Source: an uncultured Gammaproteobacteria bacterium
GTDB taxonomy: Bacteria; Pseudomonadota; Gammaproteobacteria; GCA-002705445; GCA-002716945
NCBI GenBank assembly: GCA_913045115.1
Contig: CAJWPJ010000004.1
Span: 1 to 60,834 of the forward strand
Length of the DNA stretch: 60,834 nucleotides
Direction of reading: 5' to 3'
Shown: positions 1 to 12,084 of the stretch, piece by piece
Layout: every line of letters starts with the position of its first letter
How positions within the stretch are numbered: the first letter of the stretch is position 1
Notes under the pieces: generated by a model
What the model saw: only the letters and a program-made list of their open reading frames with translations
Told to the model about the DNA's origin: nothing
Database searches by the model: none
Translations under genes and position numbers: made by a program

Positions 1-2
1 TT

Positions 3-743
3 TCTCAGACAATAAATTCTAAATTATTGAATCAATTGGTACCTGAAAACTTGAGAGATGTAGACGGACATTGGTATGGCTTATCCATAAGATCAAGAGT
101 AATCATGTACAACCCAACTGCAGTCAACCCTGAAGAGATTATGAAATATGAAAATTTAGCTGATGATAGACTTGCTGGCCGTGTGTGTATCAGGTCATCG
201 AGTAATATTTATAATCAATCATTACTTGCATCACTCATATATCATAATGGAGAAGAAGCAGCTTTAAATTGGGCTAAAGGCGTTGTAAAAAATTTCTCTA
301 GAGAACCCAAAGGTAATGATAGAGGACAAATGACGGCCGTTGTTCTTGGAAAGTGCGATGTAACTATCGCTAATACATATTACTTAGGTAAATGGATTTC
401 ATCAAAAAAAGAATCTGAAAAGGAATATGCAAAACAAATAAAAGTGCTATTTCCAAATCAAGATGATAGGGGTTCGCATATAAATATAAGTGGAGCATTT
501 GTAACAAAAAATGCAAAAAACAAAACTAATGCAATAAAACTAATAGAATTTCTTGCGAGTGATCAAGCTCAAGAGATTTATGCAAGACAAAATCATGAGT
601 ATCCTATCAGACAAGACATAGAAGTATCTGAAATTGTGAAGTCATGGGGATATCCGTTTAAGATGGATAAGATGAATCTAACGAACCTTGGTAAGCTTAA
701 TGAAAGGGCTGGAAGGATTTTCGATATAGCAGGTTGGAAATAA
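3..743 (+). CDS. fbpA: Fe(III) ABC transporter periplasmic substrate-binding protein, C-terminal part (5' end lies outside the window)
   Basis: The reading frame is open from the window edge, so the TTG at 27 is not the real start. Sequence is FbpA/AfuA-like and is followed by the matching permease and ATPase genes. Confidence 0.8.
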   Translation, partial: SQTINSKLLNQLVPENLRDVDGHWYGLSIRSRVIMYNPTAVNPEEIMKYENLADDRLAGRVCIRSSSNIYNQSLLASLIYHNGEEAALNWAKGVVKNFSREPKGNDRGQMTAVVLGKCDVTIANTYYLGKWISSKKESEKEYAKQIKVLFPNQDDRGSHINISGAFVTKNAKNKTNAIKLIEFLASDQAQEIYARQNHEYPIRQDIEVSEIVKSWGYPFKMDKMNLTNLGKLNERAGRIFDIAGWK

Positions 744-749
744 CTCATC

Positions 750-2366
750 TTGTCACATAAAGTTGATACTTTAAATAACTCACTCACTCTTCTATTTGTA
801 TTAATATTCTTAGTCCCAATTATTTTTATTTTTGTAAATATATTTTCTGATTCTTCAGATATATGGTTGCATATACAAACCTACCTGCTTGAAGACTATG
901 TTTTGAACTCTCTGATAATTGTCTTTTTTGTGGCAATATTCAGTGTAGTTATTGGTACGTCTTTAGCATGGATTGTCAGCATGTATGAATTCCCTGGAGC
1001 AAATATATTTAGATGGCTTCTAATACTGCCTATGGCTATCCCTACTTATGTGAATGGTTATATATATTCAGGCTTGAATGAGACTTCTGGAATACTTTTC
1101 AACTTTATGGATTATTACTTTGGGTTAGGCCCATATATGTATAATTTATATGACCTACAGAATATCTATGGTGCGATTTTCGTAATGACGATAAGCCTAT
1201 ACCCCTATGTGTACTTGCTTTGCTTGCCTGCATTTTCTAATCATTCTTATAGTGTATTTGAAGTTGGAAAATCTCTTGGGTTAAATAGATACCAAAGATT
1301 GACTATGATAGGTTTGCCTATAGTGAGACCTGCAGTAGTAGCAGGTGTTAGTTTTGTTATCATGGAAACATTAGCAGAGTATGCCACTATGGAGTATTTT
1401 GGAGTATCAACTTTTGCAACTGGTATATTTAGAGCATGGTTTGTCCTAGGTGATGAGGTTAGCTCATTTAGATTATCTTCAATGTTATTAACGCTTGTAT
1501 TTTTCCTAGTTTATTTCGAGGAAATCTCTCGTGGTAAGAGAAAATTCAATAACCCAACAAGCAAGATTTACGAGAGAAAAAAAGAAGTTCCTAAGAGTAA
1601 AACTCAGTTAGTTGCTTTATGTTGTATAGTAGTTTTTTTCGGATCGATATTACAATTTTTACAAATCTTTTATTGGATATCTTACTCATTAGATAAAGTA
1701 AATATCTTATTCATTCTTGAACTTATATCGTCAAGTGCAAGCATTGCCTTTATAGGGGCAGTAATTATTGTCTTGTTTACACTCAACATAGCATTCTTAT
1801 CAAGGATGACAAAAAATTTACTTACAAGATTATCTGTAAAAATATTTTCTCTTGGTTATGCTATCCCAGGTGTTGTTTTAGCTGTAGGAGTAATTACACC
1901 CACCGCATATATGGAAAATGTCCTGCATAATGTACTAAACTATCCACCTGAAAATGTTTTATCTGGTACATTTATTCTATTATTAATATCTTATCTAGTT
2001 CGTTTCTCAACTATTTCGATCAAGACTATAGACTCAGGTTTAAATAAGATATCACGTAGTTATGATCTTCTGGCTTCAAGTTTCGGATATTCGAAGCTAC
2101 AGACACTGATTAAGATACATCTTCCTATACTTCTTCCAACAATAACATCTGCAACAATACTTCTGTTCGTGGACATAGTAAAAGAGCTCCCTATGACGTT
2201 GATATTAAGACCCTTTAACTTTAATACACTACCAATCCATTTATATGAACTAGCAGAGGCTGAAAATTTATCTTCAATTGGAATGCCAGGTCTTATTTTA
2301 ATAATAATTTGTCTAATTCCAGTTATAATACTTTCTAAAGGTATTATGAAGAATGTCAGGCATTAA
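750..2366 (+). CDS. fbpB: Fe(III) ABC transporter permease (duplicated, two-domain type)
   Basis: 538-aa polytopic membrane protein with two permease halves. TTG start 7 nt after the fbpA stop; lies between the binding-protein and ATPase genes. Confidence 0.8.
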   Translation: MSHKVDTLNNSLTLLFVLIFLVPIIFIFVNIFSDSSDIWLHIQTYLLEDYVLNSLIIVFFVAIFSVVIGTSLAWIVSMYEFPGANIFRWLLILPMAIPTYVNGYIYSGLNETSGILFNFMDYYFGLGPYMYNLYDLQNIYGAIFVMTISLYPYVYLLCLPAFSNHSYSVFEVGKSLGLNRYQRLTMIGLPIVRPAVVAGVSFVIMETLAEYATMEYFGVSTFATGIFRAWFVLGDEVSSFRLSSMLLTLVFFLVYFEEISRGKRKFNNPTSKIYERKKEVPKSKTQLVALCCIVVFFGSILQFLQIFYWISYSLDKVNILFILELISSSASIAFIGAVIIVLFTLNIAFLSRMTKNLLTRLSVKIFSLGYAIPGVVLAVGVITPTAYMENVLHNVLNYPPENVLSGTFILLLISYLVRFSTISIKTIDSGLNKISRSYDLLASSFGYSKLQTLIKIHLPILLPTITSATILLFVDIVKELPMTLILRPFNFNTLPIHLYELAEAENLSSIGMPGLILIIICLIPVIILSKGIMKNVRH

Positions 2367-3396
2367 GCTTAAATTAGAAAAAGTAAACATTACTCTAGAT
2401 TCCAAAGTGGTACTTGATGATGTTAATCTTGAAATCAATGACGGTGACATCGTATCACTCATGGGATCAAGTGCTTCGGGGAAAACATCTCTTATTAGAT
2501 CAATTGCTGGATTTCATCATATCACTTCAGGCTCAATCTATATTGATGAACAAATTGTGGATAATTCGGTAAAAAGAAAAGATGTATCAATGCGTAATGT
2601 TGGCGTCATATTTCAAGATCTTGCATTATTTCCCCACCTAACAGTCAGAGAAAATATTTGCTTTGGTCTTAGTGCTATGTCAAATAAACAACAATCGGAT
2701 AGAGTAGAAAAACTGGAAGAGATTTTAGATATAGTAGATATAAAAGATCGTTATCCAGATCAAATATCAGGTGGTCAACAGCAAAGAGTCGCTATAGCAA
2801 GAGCTATCTCACCTGGTCCTAAATTACTATTGCTAGATGAACCATTCAGCGCGCTTGATTATGAGTTGAAAGATGGGTTAATGAATGATATCAAAAATCT
2901 TATAAAATCAGAGAATATTACAGCGATACTAATCACACACAGCGCAGAAGAGGCATTCAAAATGTCAGATAAAATTGCCTTTATAAGTGAAAATACAATA
3001 ATGCAGTATGCTGATCCATATGATTTGTACCATAAGCCCATAACTAGAGAAATTGCTAATTTTTTTGGTATCTCAAGTTATATAAAGGCTACCGTTAAGG
3101 ACTCAAGTCATCTCACATCCATCCTTGGAGATTTTGTTGCAAGTACTGAAGGATACAAACCTGGTGATGAAGTGCGCATGTTAGTTCGCCCAGACGATAT
3201 TATACATGATGACTATGCGATGGCTTCTGCAAAAGTAATAGAAAAAACTTTTCGAGGTTCAGATTTTTTATATAGATTAGAATTAAAGGATAAACAAACA
3301 GTATATTGTTATGCACCTAGTCATCATAATCATAGCTTAAATGAAGTGATAGGTGTAAAGCTTGATCTAGATCATCTAATTGTTTTTAAAGATTAG
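2353..3396 (+). CDS. fbpC: Fe(III) ABC transporter ATP-binding protein
   Basis: Walker A GSSASGKT, ABC signature ISGGQQQR, Walker B LLLLDEP, and a C-terminal regulatory/TOBE-like extension. Overlaps fbpB by 14 nt. Confidence 0.85.
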   Translation: MSGIKLKLEKVNITLDSKVVLDDVNLEINDGDIVSLMGSSASGKTSLIRSIAGFHHITSGSIYIDEQIVDNSVKRKDVSMRNVGVIFQDLALFPHLTVRENICFGLSAMSNKQQSDRVEKLEEILDIVDIKDRYPDQISGGQQQRVAIARAISPGPKLLLLDEPFSALDYELKDGLMNDIKNLIKSENITAILITHSAEEAFKMSDKIAFISENTIMQYADPYDLYHKPITREIANFFGISSYIKATVKDSSHLTSILGDFVASTEGYKPGDEVRMLVRPDDIIHDDYAMASAKVIEKTFRGSDFLYRLELKDKQTVYCYAPSHHNHSLNEVIGVKLDLDHLIVFKD

Positions 3397-5045
3397 GTTA
3401 TATTCCTTAATTCTCTTCTTAAAATCTTTCCAACATTTGTTTTGGGAAGATCCTCTATAAAAACAATCCTTTTAGGAACTTTATACTCAGTCAGTCCCTT
3501 CTTACAAAAAGATATTATATCTGAAGACGAAAGATTTTTATTTTTTGTTACAACAAATGCCTTGATATACTCACCTCTATTTTTATCATCTACTCCGATT
3601 ACTCCTGCTTCAAGAATATCAGGATGTGTAGCTAGATAATCCTCAAGCTCGTTAGGGTAAACATTATAACCTGATGATATTATCATATCTTTCTTTCTAT
3701 CTACGATTTTGATATAACCTTTATCGTTCATTGTAGCGATATCTCCTGTTTTAAAAAAATCATCCTTTGTAAAATATTTATTTTTTTCATCTTGAACTTT
3801 CCAATATCCTGACATGACTTGTGGACCCTGAACGCATAGCTCACCAGGTTGGTTTCTCTCAACTGGATTACCATCATCATCAATTATTTTAATTTTAGTT
3901 GATTGAACGGGTAAGCCAATGGATCCATTAAATGTATCGTTAATTCTATTAATAGAGACTACTGGCGATGTCTCAGTTAGGCCATATCCTTGTGTAATAT
4001 TAGTACCTGTAACTTCTTTCCAATTATGAGCTGTATCGCTTAATACTGCCATACCTCCACCTACTGAAAATTTAAAGCTTGAAAAGTCTAAATCTCTAAA
4101 TCTTTTGCTTGTTAGAAGAAGATTAAATAATGTATTCACGGCAGTTATTACTGTGAATTTTTTTTTACTAAGTACATTGATAAAAGACTCTAGATCTCTC
4201 GGGTTTGGTATTAAAACATTCTCTGATCCAATCTTCAGAAACGTAAGACAATTAACTGTAAATGAAAAAATGTGAAATAAAGGTAAAGCTGTGACAATAA
4301 TTTCCTGGCCCTGCTCTACATGTGGTTCAATCCAATTCGAGACTTGTTGAACATTGCTCAAAAGATTCCTATGTGTAAGTATTGCGGCTTTGGATTTTCC
4401 AGTTGTCCCACCTGTATACTGAAGAAGCGCTATATCATTCTCATCAATTAAAACATCTTCTAATGAAAAGTTATTAGACACTATATCTTTGAAAAAAATT
4501 AGGTTGTTTTCTTTTTTAATATTTACAGTCTGTTTCTTGTAGAACATTACAATCGGAATTACTATTCTCATAATCGGACTTAGAAGGTCGGTTAGTTTAC
4601 AAACGATGATTTTTTTTAGATTTGAATCAGGTATACATGGTTTAAGTTCATCATAGAATTTATCTAATACAAAAATATACTCTGCCTCAGAATCCACGAG
4701 GATGTCTTGAATTTCTCGTGTTTTATACATTGGGTTAATATTTATAACTGTAGCACCACAGTAATAAGAACCAAACAGTGCTATGGGATATGTCAGTAAG
4801 TTTGGAAGCATTATGGCAATTTTAGTGTTTTTACTTACACCTAAATATTGAAGATAAGCAGCTATTCTCTTGGATAATAAGCTGGTCATTTTATAATCTA
4901 TTGATGTATTAAGTGAGTAAAATGCTGTTTTTGATGAAAATTTGTGCACAGCAGACTCTAGTAAATCAGTTACAGTGCTGTCATCTAAAGTGCCCACTTC
5001 ACTACTTAAACGATTAGGATATTCCTCTGTCCAACTATTACTCAT
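3393..5045 (-). CDS. fadD: Long-chain fatty acid-CoA ligase (AMP-binding enzyme)
   Basis: AMP-binding motif LQYTGGTTGKSKAAILTH, GYGLTETSP, and a C-terminal KVPKRIVFIEDLPKTNVGKILRR motif. 550 aa. Confidence 0.85.
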   Translation of the reverse strand: MSNSWTEEYPNRLSSEVGTLDDSTVTDLLESAVHKFSSKTAFYSLNTSIDYKMTSLLSKRIAAYLQYLGVSKNTKIAIMLPNLLTYPIALFGSYYCGATVININPMYKTREIQDILVDSEAEYIFVLDKFYDELKPCIPDSNLKKIIVCKLTDLLSPIMRIVIPIVMFYKKQTVNIKKENNLIFFKDIVSNNFSLEDVLIDENDIALLQYTGGTTGKSKAAILTHRNLLSNVQQVSNWIEPHVEQGQEIIVTALPLFHIFSFTVNCLTFLKIGSENVLIPNPRDLESFINVLSKKKFTVITAVNTLFNLLLTSKRFRDLDFSSFKFSVGGGMAVLSDTAHNWKEVTGTNITQGYGLTETSPVVSINRINDTFNGSIGLPVQSTKIKIIDDDGNPVERNQPGELCVQGPQVMSGYWKVQDEKNKYFTKDDFFKTGDIATMNDKGYIKIVDRKKDMIISSGYNVYPNELEDYLATHPDILEAGVIGVDDKNRGEYIKAFVVTKNKNLSSSDIISFCKKGLTEYKVPKRIVFIEDLPKTNVGKILRRELRNIT

Positions 5046-5096
5046 GAATAATATTGTATCATCTAATATATTTCTAAATTAGTAATTGTAAAAAAC

Positions 5097-5120
5097 AAAG
5101 CCTCTTAAATAAGAGGCTTT
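5097..5120 (-). terminator. Intrinsic terminator downstream of groEL
   Basis: Perfect 10-bp stem AAAGCCTCTT/AAGAGGCTTT with a 4-nt loop. On the minus strand it is followed by GTTTTTT. Lies 28 nt after the groEL stop. Confidence 0.7.
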
Positions 5121-5148
5121 GAAACTTTAAGAGTGAGTGATAGTAGGG

Positions 5149-6837
<1,689 letters not shown>

Positions 6838-6840
6838 CTA

Positions 6841-7131
6841 TTAGTTAGTTATAATTGCAGTGATGTCATCTTCTCTCATTACAAGCATTTCTTCACCATC
6901 AATAGTTATTTCTGTACCAGAGTATTTACCAAATAAAATCTGATCGCCTTCTTTGACGTCTAAAGGCCTGATGTCACCATTTTCAAGTATTTTGCCTTTT
7001 CCTACTGCAACAATCTCACCTTTTATTGGTTTTTCAGTTGCGCTATCTGGAATAACAATCCCACCAGGTGATGTTTTTTCTTCTTCTTTTCTTCTTACAA
7101 TTACACGATCATGCAATGGTCTTATATTCAT
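6841..7131 (-). CDS. groES: Co-chaperonin GroES (Cpn10)
   Basis: [14 protein letters not shown]... is typical GroES. 96 aa, 18 nt upstream of groEL, with a GAGG Shine-Dalgarno sequence. Confidence 0.98.
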   Translation of the reverse strand: MNIRPLHDRVIVRRKEEEKTSPGGIVIPDSATEKPIKGEIVAVGKGKILENGDIRPLDVKEGDQILFGKYSGTEITIDGEEMLVMREDDITAIITN

Positions 7132-7156
7132 TGATTTACCTCACTTTCTTTTTAAG

Positions 7157-7183
7157 TTAGCACTCTAACTCTTAGACTGCTAA
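7157..7183 (-). promoter_or_regulatory. CIRCE-like inverted repeat (candidate HrcA operator) in the groES leader
   Basis: The minus strand reads TTAGCAGTC-N9-GAGTGCTAA, matching 17 of 18 positions of the CIRCE consensus TTAGCACTC-N9-GAGTGCTAA. It lies 26-54 nt upstream of the groES ATG. Confidence 0.7.
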
Positions 7184-7211
7184 TGATATGGACTTTATGA
7201 ATAATTTCAAG
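7184..7211 (-). promoter_or_regulatory. Sigma-32 (heat-shock) type promoter for groESL
   Basis: The minus strand reads CTTGAAA (7205-7211), 13 nt, then CCATATCA (7184-7191). The sigma-32 consensus is CTTGAAA-N13/14-CCCCATNT. Confidence 0.55.
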
Positions 7212-7228
7212 AAGTTATCTACCAAAAA

Positions 7229-7627
7229 TTAGTCATCATCACGGTAATTACCTTCAATAACATTATTTTTTTTAACTTTTGCGCCATATTTATGGTCAAA
7301 AAAGCTAGTTAGTCTTGGTTTAAAGAATGGTAGTAAGATAATTAATCCCGAGATATCTGTGAGGTATCCAGGAATAATTAGTAAAACACCAGCTATGATT
7401 GAGTAAATATTAGAGGTGTATTCTGTATAAATATCCTGAAAGTTGCCGAAATTAAAAACACTGAGCCCGATGCTTCTTAATTTTTGTTTAATTAAGTAGT
7501 AACCTAAAAGAGCAGTGATAAAAATACTTAATATAACTGACAAACTTCCCATCAATGATCCAACTTCTATAAATAGGGTTAGTTCGATAATGGGTAAAGC
7601 AACTAGAACATATTTTGATAACTTCAT
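7229..7627 (-). CDS. fxsA: FxsA family inner-membrane protein
   Basis: MKLSKYVL...IELTLFIEVG...IIAGVLLIIPGYLTDISGLIILLP matches the FxsA signature region. I chose the internal ATG (MKLSKY) rather than the 15-aa extension in the ORF track. Confidence 0.8.
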   Translation of the reverse strand: MKLSKYVLVALPIIELTLFIEVGSLMGSLSVILSIFITALLGYYLIKQKLRSIGLSVFNFGNFQDIYTEYTSNIYSIIAGVLLIIPGYLTDISGLIILLPFFKPRLTSFFDHKYGAKVKKNNVIEGNYRDDD

Positions 7628-7639
7628 AAACATAATTAT

Positions 7640-7960
7640 ATGGCAAAAAAATATATAATTGTCCAAACACATTCAAATAAGAATGAAATCTCTAGGGAAA
7701 TCTCTAGAGTATTGATTGAAAAAAAGATGGTGGCATGTGTGAATGTATACCCAGCTGCTTCGAGTATTTTTCGATACAAAAATACAATAGTTGAGGAAAA
7801 TGAATACCTACAACAAGCCAAGACAACATCAGATAAGTTTCTCGATATTAAGACTGTCATTGAACAATTGCATAACTATGAAACCCCTGAAATAATACTC
7901 ATAGTAATATTAGATGGGAACGCAGATCACTTAACATGGATAAATAATGAAATTAACTAG
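7640..7960 (+). CDS. cutA: Divalent-cation tolerance protein CutA
   Basis: 106 aa with a CutA1-like sequence. Sits immediately upstream of and overlapping dsbD, as in the E. coli cutA-dsbD arrangement. Confidence 0.8.
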   Translation: MAKKYIIVQTHSNKNEISREISRVLIEKKMVACVNVYPAASSIFRYKNTIVEENEYLQQAKTTSDKFLDIKTVIEQLHNYETPEIILIVILDGNADHLTWINNEIN

Positions 7961-9698
7961 AATATTCATAAGTAACTTTTTGTTCTTTTTATTTGCTGTG
8001 TCCGCAAAAAGTGGATTTACTGTCGAGTTGCCAGATAAACAACCAGAGTTTCTATCACCTGATGAGGCGTTCATTATGTCTCATGAACTTATAAATGATA
8101 AGCATGTTAGGGTAAGTTGGAAAATACAGCCAGGATATTATTTGTATATGGGTATGTTTGAGTTTGAATCCTTGAACGAAGACAACAAGATTAACAGAAT
8201 AGAGATGCCTGACGGAAAGAAAAAAACTGATGAATTTTTTGGTGATGTTGATATCTATTACTTTTCAACAAGTGCGGATATTTTTTTAGAAAGTAGTATA
8301 ACTGAAACTGCAGACTTCAAAATAAAATATCAGGGTTGTGCAGATGCAGGTTTATGTTATCCACCAGTTTTCAAAAAAATATCTCTAAAAAAAAAGTCAT
8401 TAACAACTAGCCTTCATAAAACATCGCTATTTGATAATCAAACTGCAATGAGTGAGTCTCTTACCATGAACTCATTATTTTATAATACATTTATCTTCTA
8501 CTTGGCTGGATTATTATTAGCTTTTACTCCATGTGTTCTTCCTATGGTTCCAATCTTAACAGGCATAATAGCTGGACGAGGAAATGTTTCACAGAAAAAA
8601 TCTCTACTGCTTTCTTGCATATATGTTTTTAGTATGTCTTTAACATATGCATTCGCAGGTATAATTGTGGCGACATCAGGTACAAATATACAGGCAAGTC
8701 TCCAAAGTCCATACGTTATAGGATCTATATCATTATTATTCTTTCTCTTTGCGCTAGCTATGTTTAAGTTTTTCAACATCCAAATGCCGAAATCTATCCA
8801 AACTTTACTTACAAATGCAAGTAATAAACAAAAATCAGGTGGTTTAAAAGATGTTGCAATTATGGGAGTACTGTCTGCACTAATAGTTGGCCCCTGTGTG
8901 ACAGCTCCATTAATAGGGGCCCTTATATACATTGCTAGTACAGGAGACGTCCTAGTCGGTGGCTTGGCGCTTTTTGCTCTTGGTATTGGAATGGGCACAC
9001 CATTAATTGCACTTGGTTCTACAACAACAAAATTGATATCAAAGATAGGTCCATACTTAGAGCTTGTAAATTATTTTTTTGGAGTGCTCTTTGTAATAGT
9101 ATCGTTGTGGTTACTCGAAAGAATTCTGTCTATACAAGTTGCGGCTTACCTTTGGGCAATAGCGGCGATAATATCAGTTGTAGTTTTAATAAAAGCGTCC
9201 AAGATATTAAAAAATTTATCATCCAGAATCATTATATTTGTATTGTCCTCCCTATCATTTGTTTATGTTGGTTTACAAATATATGGCGTCAAAAATAATA
9301 GCTATTATGATCCGATAACGAGTTTCATCCAAAATGAGGAAATCATAAATTTTGTAACTGTCAACAATACAAAAAACTTGTACGATGAGATAAACAACAG
9401 CAGCAAACCTGTAATGGTAGATTTATATGCAGACTGGTGTGTTGCATGTAAAGAACTTGAAAAATATACATTTAGCGATAGGAAGGTAAGTGAGAAACTT
9501 AATGAGTTAAAGCTGATTAAATTTGATATTACAAACACTACAGATGAGCATTCAAAGTATTTGCAAAATATGATGATATTTGGTCCGCCAGCATTATTTT
9601 TTTATGATGGTAATGGCAAGGAAATCACTGAGGCAAGAGTTGTTGGTTTCGTGGATAGCGAAAATTTCTTAGAAATACTTAAATTAATAAAAAGATAA
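7947..9698 (+). CDS. dsbD: Thiol:disulfide interchange protein DsbD
   Basis: Signal peptide, N-terminal periplasmic domain, membrane core with CVLPM and CVTAP cysteines, and a C-terminal thioredoxin domain with WCVACK. 583 aa. Confidence 0.92.
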   Translation: MKLTRIFISNFLFFLFAVSAKSGFTVELPDKQPEFLSPDEAFIMSHELINDKHVRVSWKIQPGYYLYMGMFEFESLNEDNKINRIEMPDGKKKTDEFFGDVDIYYFSTSADIFLESSITETADFKIKYQGCADAGLCYPPVFKKISLKKKSLTTSLHKTSLFDNQTAMSESLTMNSLFYNTFIFYLAGLLLAFTPCVLPMVPILTGIIAGRGNVSQKKSLLLSCIYVFSMSLTYAFAGIIVATSGTNIQASLQSPYVIGSISLLFFLFALAMFKFFNIQMPKSIQTLLTNASNKQKSGGLKDVAIMGVLSALIVGPCVTAPLIGALIYIASTGDVLVGGLALFALGIGMGTPLIALGSTTTKLISKIGPYLELVNYFFGVLFVIVSLWLLERILSIQVAAYLWAIAAIISVVVLIKASKILKNLSSRIIIFVLSSLSFVYVGLQIYGVKNNSYYDPITSFIQNEEIINFVTVNNTKNLYDEINNSSKPVMVDLYADWCVACKELEKYTFSDRKVSEKLNELKLIKFDITNTTDEHSKYLQNMMIFGPPALFFYDGNGKEITEARVVGFVDSENFLEILKLIKR

Positions 9699-9763
9699 AA
9701 TAAGACTTCTATTTTCTCTAAAGTTCATATAAAATCACTCAAAATTACTTAAGTTCCTTTAAA

Positions 9764-10195
9764 ATGAATATATTAGTACTGAATGGGCCAAATTTAAACT
9801 TATTAGGTAGTCGTGAACCTGAGGTTTATGGAACAGACACACTTGAGGATATAGAGAAAAACCTTAATTCAATTGCTAAAGAACATAATGTAAATATTAA
9901 TTTTTATCAATCAAATTCAGAAAATGAGCTAATAAACAAACTTCACGCTGCGAAAGTGGAAAAAATAGATGCCATAATCATTAATCCTGGAGCCTTTACA
10001 CACACTAGTATTGCACTTAGAGACGCCTTCTTAGGAGTAAATATTCCGTTCATAGAAGTTCATATCTCAAATATCTATAAACGTGAGGAATTTCGAAAAA
10101 AGTCTTTCTTATCAGATATAAGCGAAGGTTTAATAACCGGGCTTGGTGTGCACGGATATGAATTTGCGCTGCTATCAATTATAAAACGAGGTTAA
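9764..10195 (+). CDS. aroQ: Type II 3-dehydroquinate dehydratase
   Basis: [23 protein letters not shown]... is the classic AroQ N-terminus. 143 aa, upstream of accBC. Confidence 0.95.
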   Translation: MNILVLNGPNLNLLGSREPEVYGTDTLEDIEKNLNSIAKEHNVNINFYQSNSENELINKLHAAKVEKIDAIIINPGAFTHTSIALRDAFLGVNIPFIEVHISNIYKREEFRKKSFLSDISEGLITGLGVHGYEFALLSIIKRG

Positions 10196-10197
10196 TT

Positions 10198-10659
10198 ATG
10201 GATTTAAGAAAAATAAAAAAACTAATGGAACTCTTAGAGGAGAGTGGTATTGCTGAAATTGAGGTCAAGGAAGGTGAAGAATCAATAAAACTATCGAGAA
10301 ATGTAACCACTACAAGTATGCCAGTTCAACAAATGATTCAACAGCCCATGCCAACTGGTCAAGCTCCTGCAATATCAGCTCCGAGTGAAACACCAAAAGC
10401 TCTAGAGAATCCTAAAGTCGAAAAAAAGAACACAATTAATTCGCCAATGGTTGGTACCTTCTATGCCTCATCATCACCAGAAGCAAAACCATTCGTGACT
10501 GTCGGTCAATCTGTGAAAAAAGGTGATACGTTGTGTATTTTAGAGGCCATGAAGATGATGAATCAGGTTCAAGCAGAATCTGATGGAAAGATTACTGAAA
10601 TACTCGTTGATAATGCTGAACCAGTCGAATTTGATCAACCATTATTTGTAATAGAATGA
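10198..10659 (+). CDS. accB: Biotin carboxyl carrier protein of acetyl-CoA carboxylase
   Basis: Pro/Ala-rich linker and the biotinylation motif LEAMKMMN. 153 aa. Confidence 0.95.
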   Translation: MDLRKIKKLMELLEESGIAEIEVKEGEESIKLSRNVTTTSMPVQQMIQQPMPTGQAPAISAPSETPKALENPKVEKKNTINSPMVGTFYASSSPEAKPFVTVGQSVKKGDTLCILEAMKMMNQVQAESDGKITEILVDNAEPVEFDQPLFVIE

Positions 10660-12002
10660 TAAGCAAAGTTTTAATCGCTAACAGAGGGGAAATTGCACTC
10701 AGAGTCATGAGGGCATGCAAGAAACTAGGTATAAAAACTGTTGCCGTTCACTCAACAGCCGACAGACAACTCGCGCATGTGAAACTTGCGGATGAATCAG
10801 TATGTATTGGAGGACCTAATCCCAAAGAAAGTTATCTAAATATGCCGTCAATTATCAGCGCAGCAGAATTAACTAATGCTGATGCAATTCACCCGGGCTA
10901 TGGATTCTTATCGGAGTCGGAAATGTTTGCTGAAATTATTGAAACAAATAAGTTCAAGTTTATTGGGCCTACAAGCAAAGTTCTTAACAAGATGGGGGAT
11001 AAAATTAAGGCAAAGAAGGCAATGAAAGATTTTGGTGTTCCATGCATACCTGGATATGACGGTGTCCTTCCCGAACAGCCAAATAAAGAGATGTTAAAAA
11101 AAATTGATGAAATAGGCTACCCAATAATGCTTAAAGCAATACACGGTGGTGGTGGAAGAGGAATGATGATTGTAGAAAAAAAATCAGAACTCGCTAATAG
11201 TATGAATTTAGTAAGAACAGAGGCAAAAAATGCATTTGGAAATGGAGATTTATACTTTGAAAAATATTTTGACAATCCTCGACATATCGAAATTCAAATA
11301 ATGAGCGATGAACACGGAAATGCTGTTCATTTTGGAGAGAGAGATTGTTCAATGCAGCGTAGGAACCAAAAAATAATTGAAGAAACTCAAGCATGCGGCA
11401 TAAAAAGAGAGGAAATAGATAGGATTGGGTCTATTTGCTCAGAGGCTTGTGTGAAACTAGGTTATACAGGGGCAGGAACTTTTGAATTTTTGTATCAGGA
11501 CGGGCAATTCAGTTTTATAGAGATGAATACGAGGATTCAAGTTGAACATCCAGTCACTGAGCTTGTGACTAATACAGATTTAATAGCAGAGCAAATAAGT
11601 GTTGCATCTGGTGAGAAATTGAGCATGAGACAAAAAGATATCACTTTAGAGGGCCATGCAATTGAATGTAGAATAAATGCAGAGGATCCAAAAACATTTA
11701 TACCCTCACCTGGAAAGATAGATACATTCCATGCGCCAGGAGGGCCTGGGGTAAGAATTGACACGCATGTCTATAGTGGATATTCTGTGCCTCCATATTA
11801 TGACTCACTGCTTGCTAAATTGATTACGTATGATAAGTCGAGAGAACTGGCTATAGAAAAAATGTATCAGGCTTTAAGCGAAACTGTTGTCCAAGGTGTC
11901 AAAACAAATATTGATTTACACAAAAAGTTACTCAGAACAGATTTCTTTGCCTCAGGCAAGTACTCTATCAATACCCTTACTCAATATATAAAAAATAATT
12001 AG
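10656..12002 (+). CDS. accC: Biotin carboxylase subunit of acetyl-CoA carboxylase
   Basis: [19 protein letters not shown]-terminus and ATP-grasp core. 448 aa. 4-nt ATGA overlap with accB. Confidence 0.97.
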   Translation: MISKVLIANRGEIALRVMRACKKLGIKTVAVHSTADRQLAHVKLADESVCIGGPNPKESYLNMPSIISAAELTNADAIHPGYGFLSESEMFAEIIETNKFKFIGPTSKVLNKMGDKIKAKKAMKDFGVPCIPGYDGVLPEQPNKEMLKKIDEIGYPIMLKAIHGGGGRGMMIVEKKSELANSMNLVRTEAKNAFGNGDLYFEKYFDNPRHIEIQIMSDEHGNAVHFGERDCSMQRRNQKIIEETQACGIKREEIDRIGSICSEACVKLGYTGAGTFEFLYQDGQFSFIEMNTRIQVEHPVTELVTNTDLIAEQISVASGEKLSMRQKDITLEGHAIECRINAEDPKTFIPSPGKIDTFHAPGGPGVRIDTHVYSGYSVPPYYDSLLAKLITYDKSRELAIEKMYQALSETVVQGVKTNIDLHKKLLRTDFFASGKYSINTLTQYIKNN

Positions 12003-12030
12003 TTTTTCAACAAATAGTCTTTATCAATAG

Positions 12031-12062
12031 CCCCTTTGATTGTAATATATCTCAATCAGGGG
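12031..12062 (+). terminator. Candidate (imperfect) terminator hairpin after accC
   Basis: CCCCT(TT)GATTG - 10-nt loop - CAATCAGGGG, giving 5+5 bp with a 2-nt bulge. The downstream T-tract is weak (aatttt). Confidence 0.3.
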
Positions 12063-12084
12063 TAGCCAATTTTCGAAATTTATA

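Noticed and set aside
7488-7860. ORFs 7488-7676 and 7636-7860 (minus strand) around the fxsA/cutA junction, and N-terminal extensions of fxsA, rpmB, tsaD and the NDUFA9-like SDR in the ORF track
   Set aside because: The extensions and ORFs do not resemble the respective families. Internal ATGs restore canonical N-termini ([34 protein letters not shown]) and the typical TAATG or short-gap junctions.
8498-8998. 166-aa minus-strand ORF antisense to the dsbD membrane core
   Set aside because: Same shadow-ORF logic, inside the hydrophobic and comparatively GC-richer part of dsbD. It has no start context and no family resemblance.
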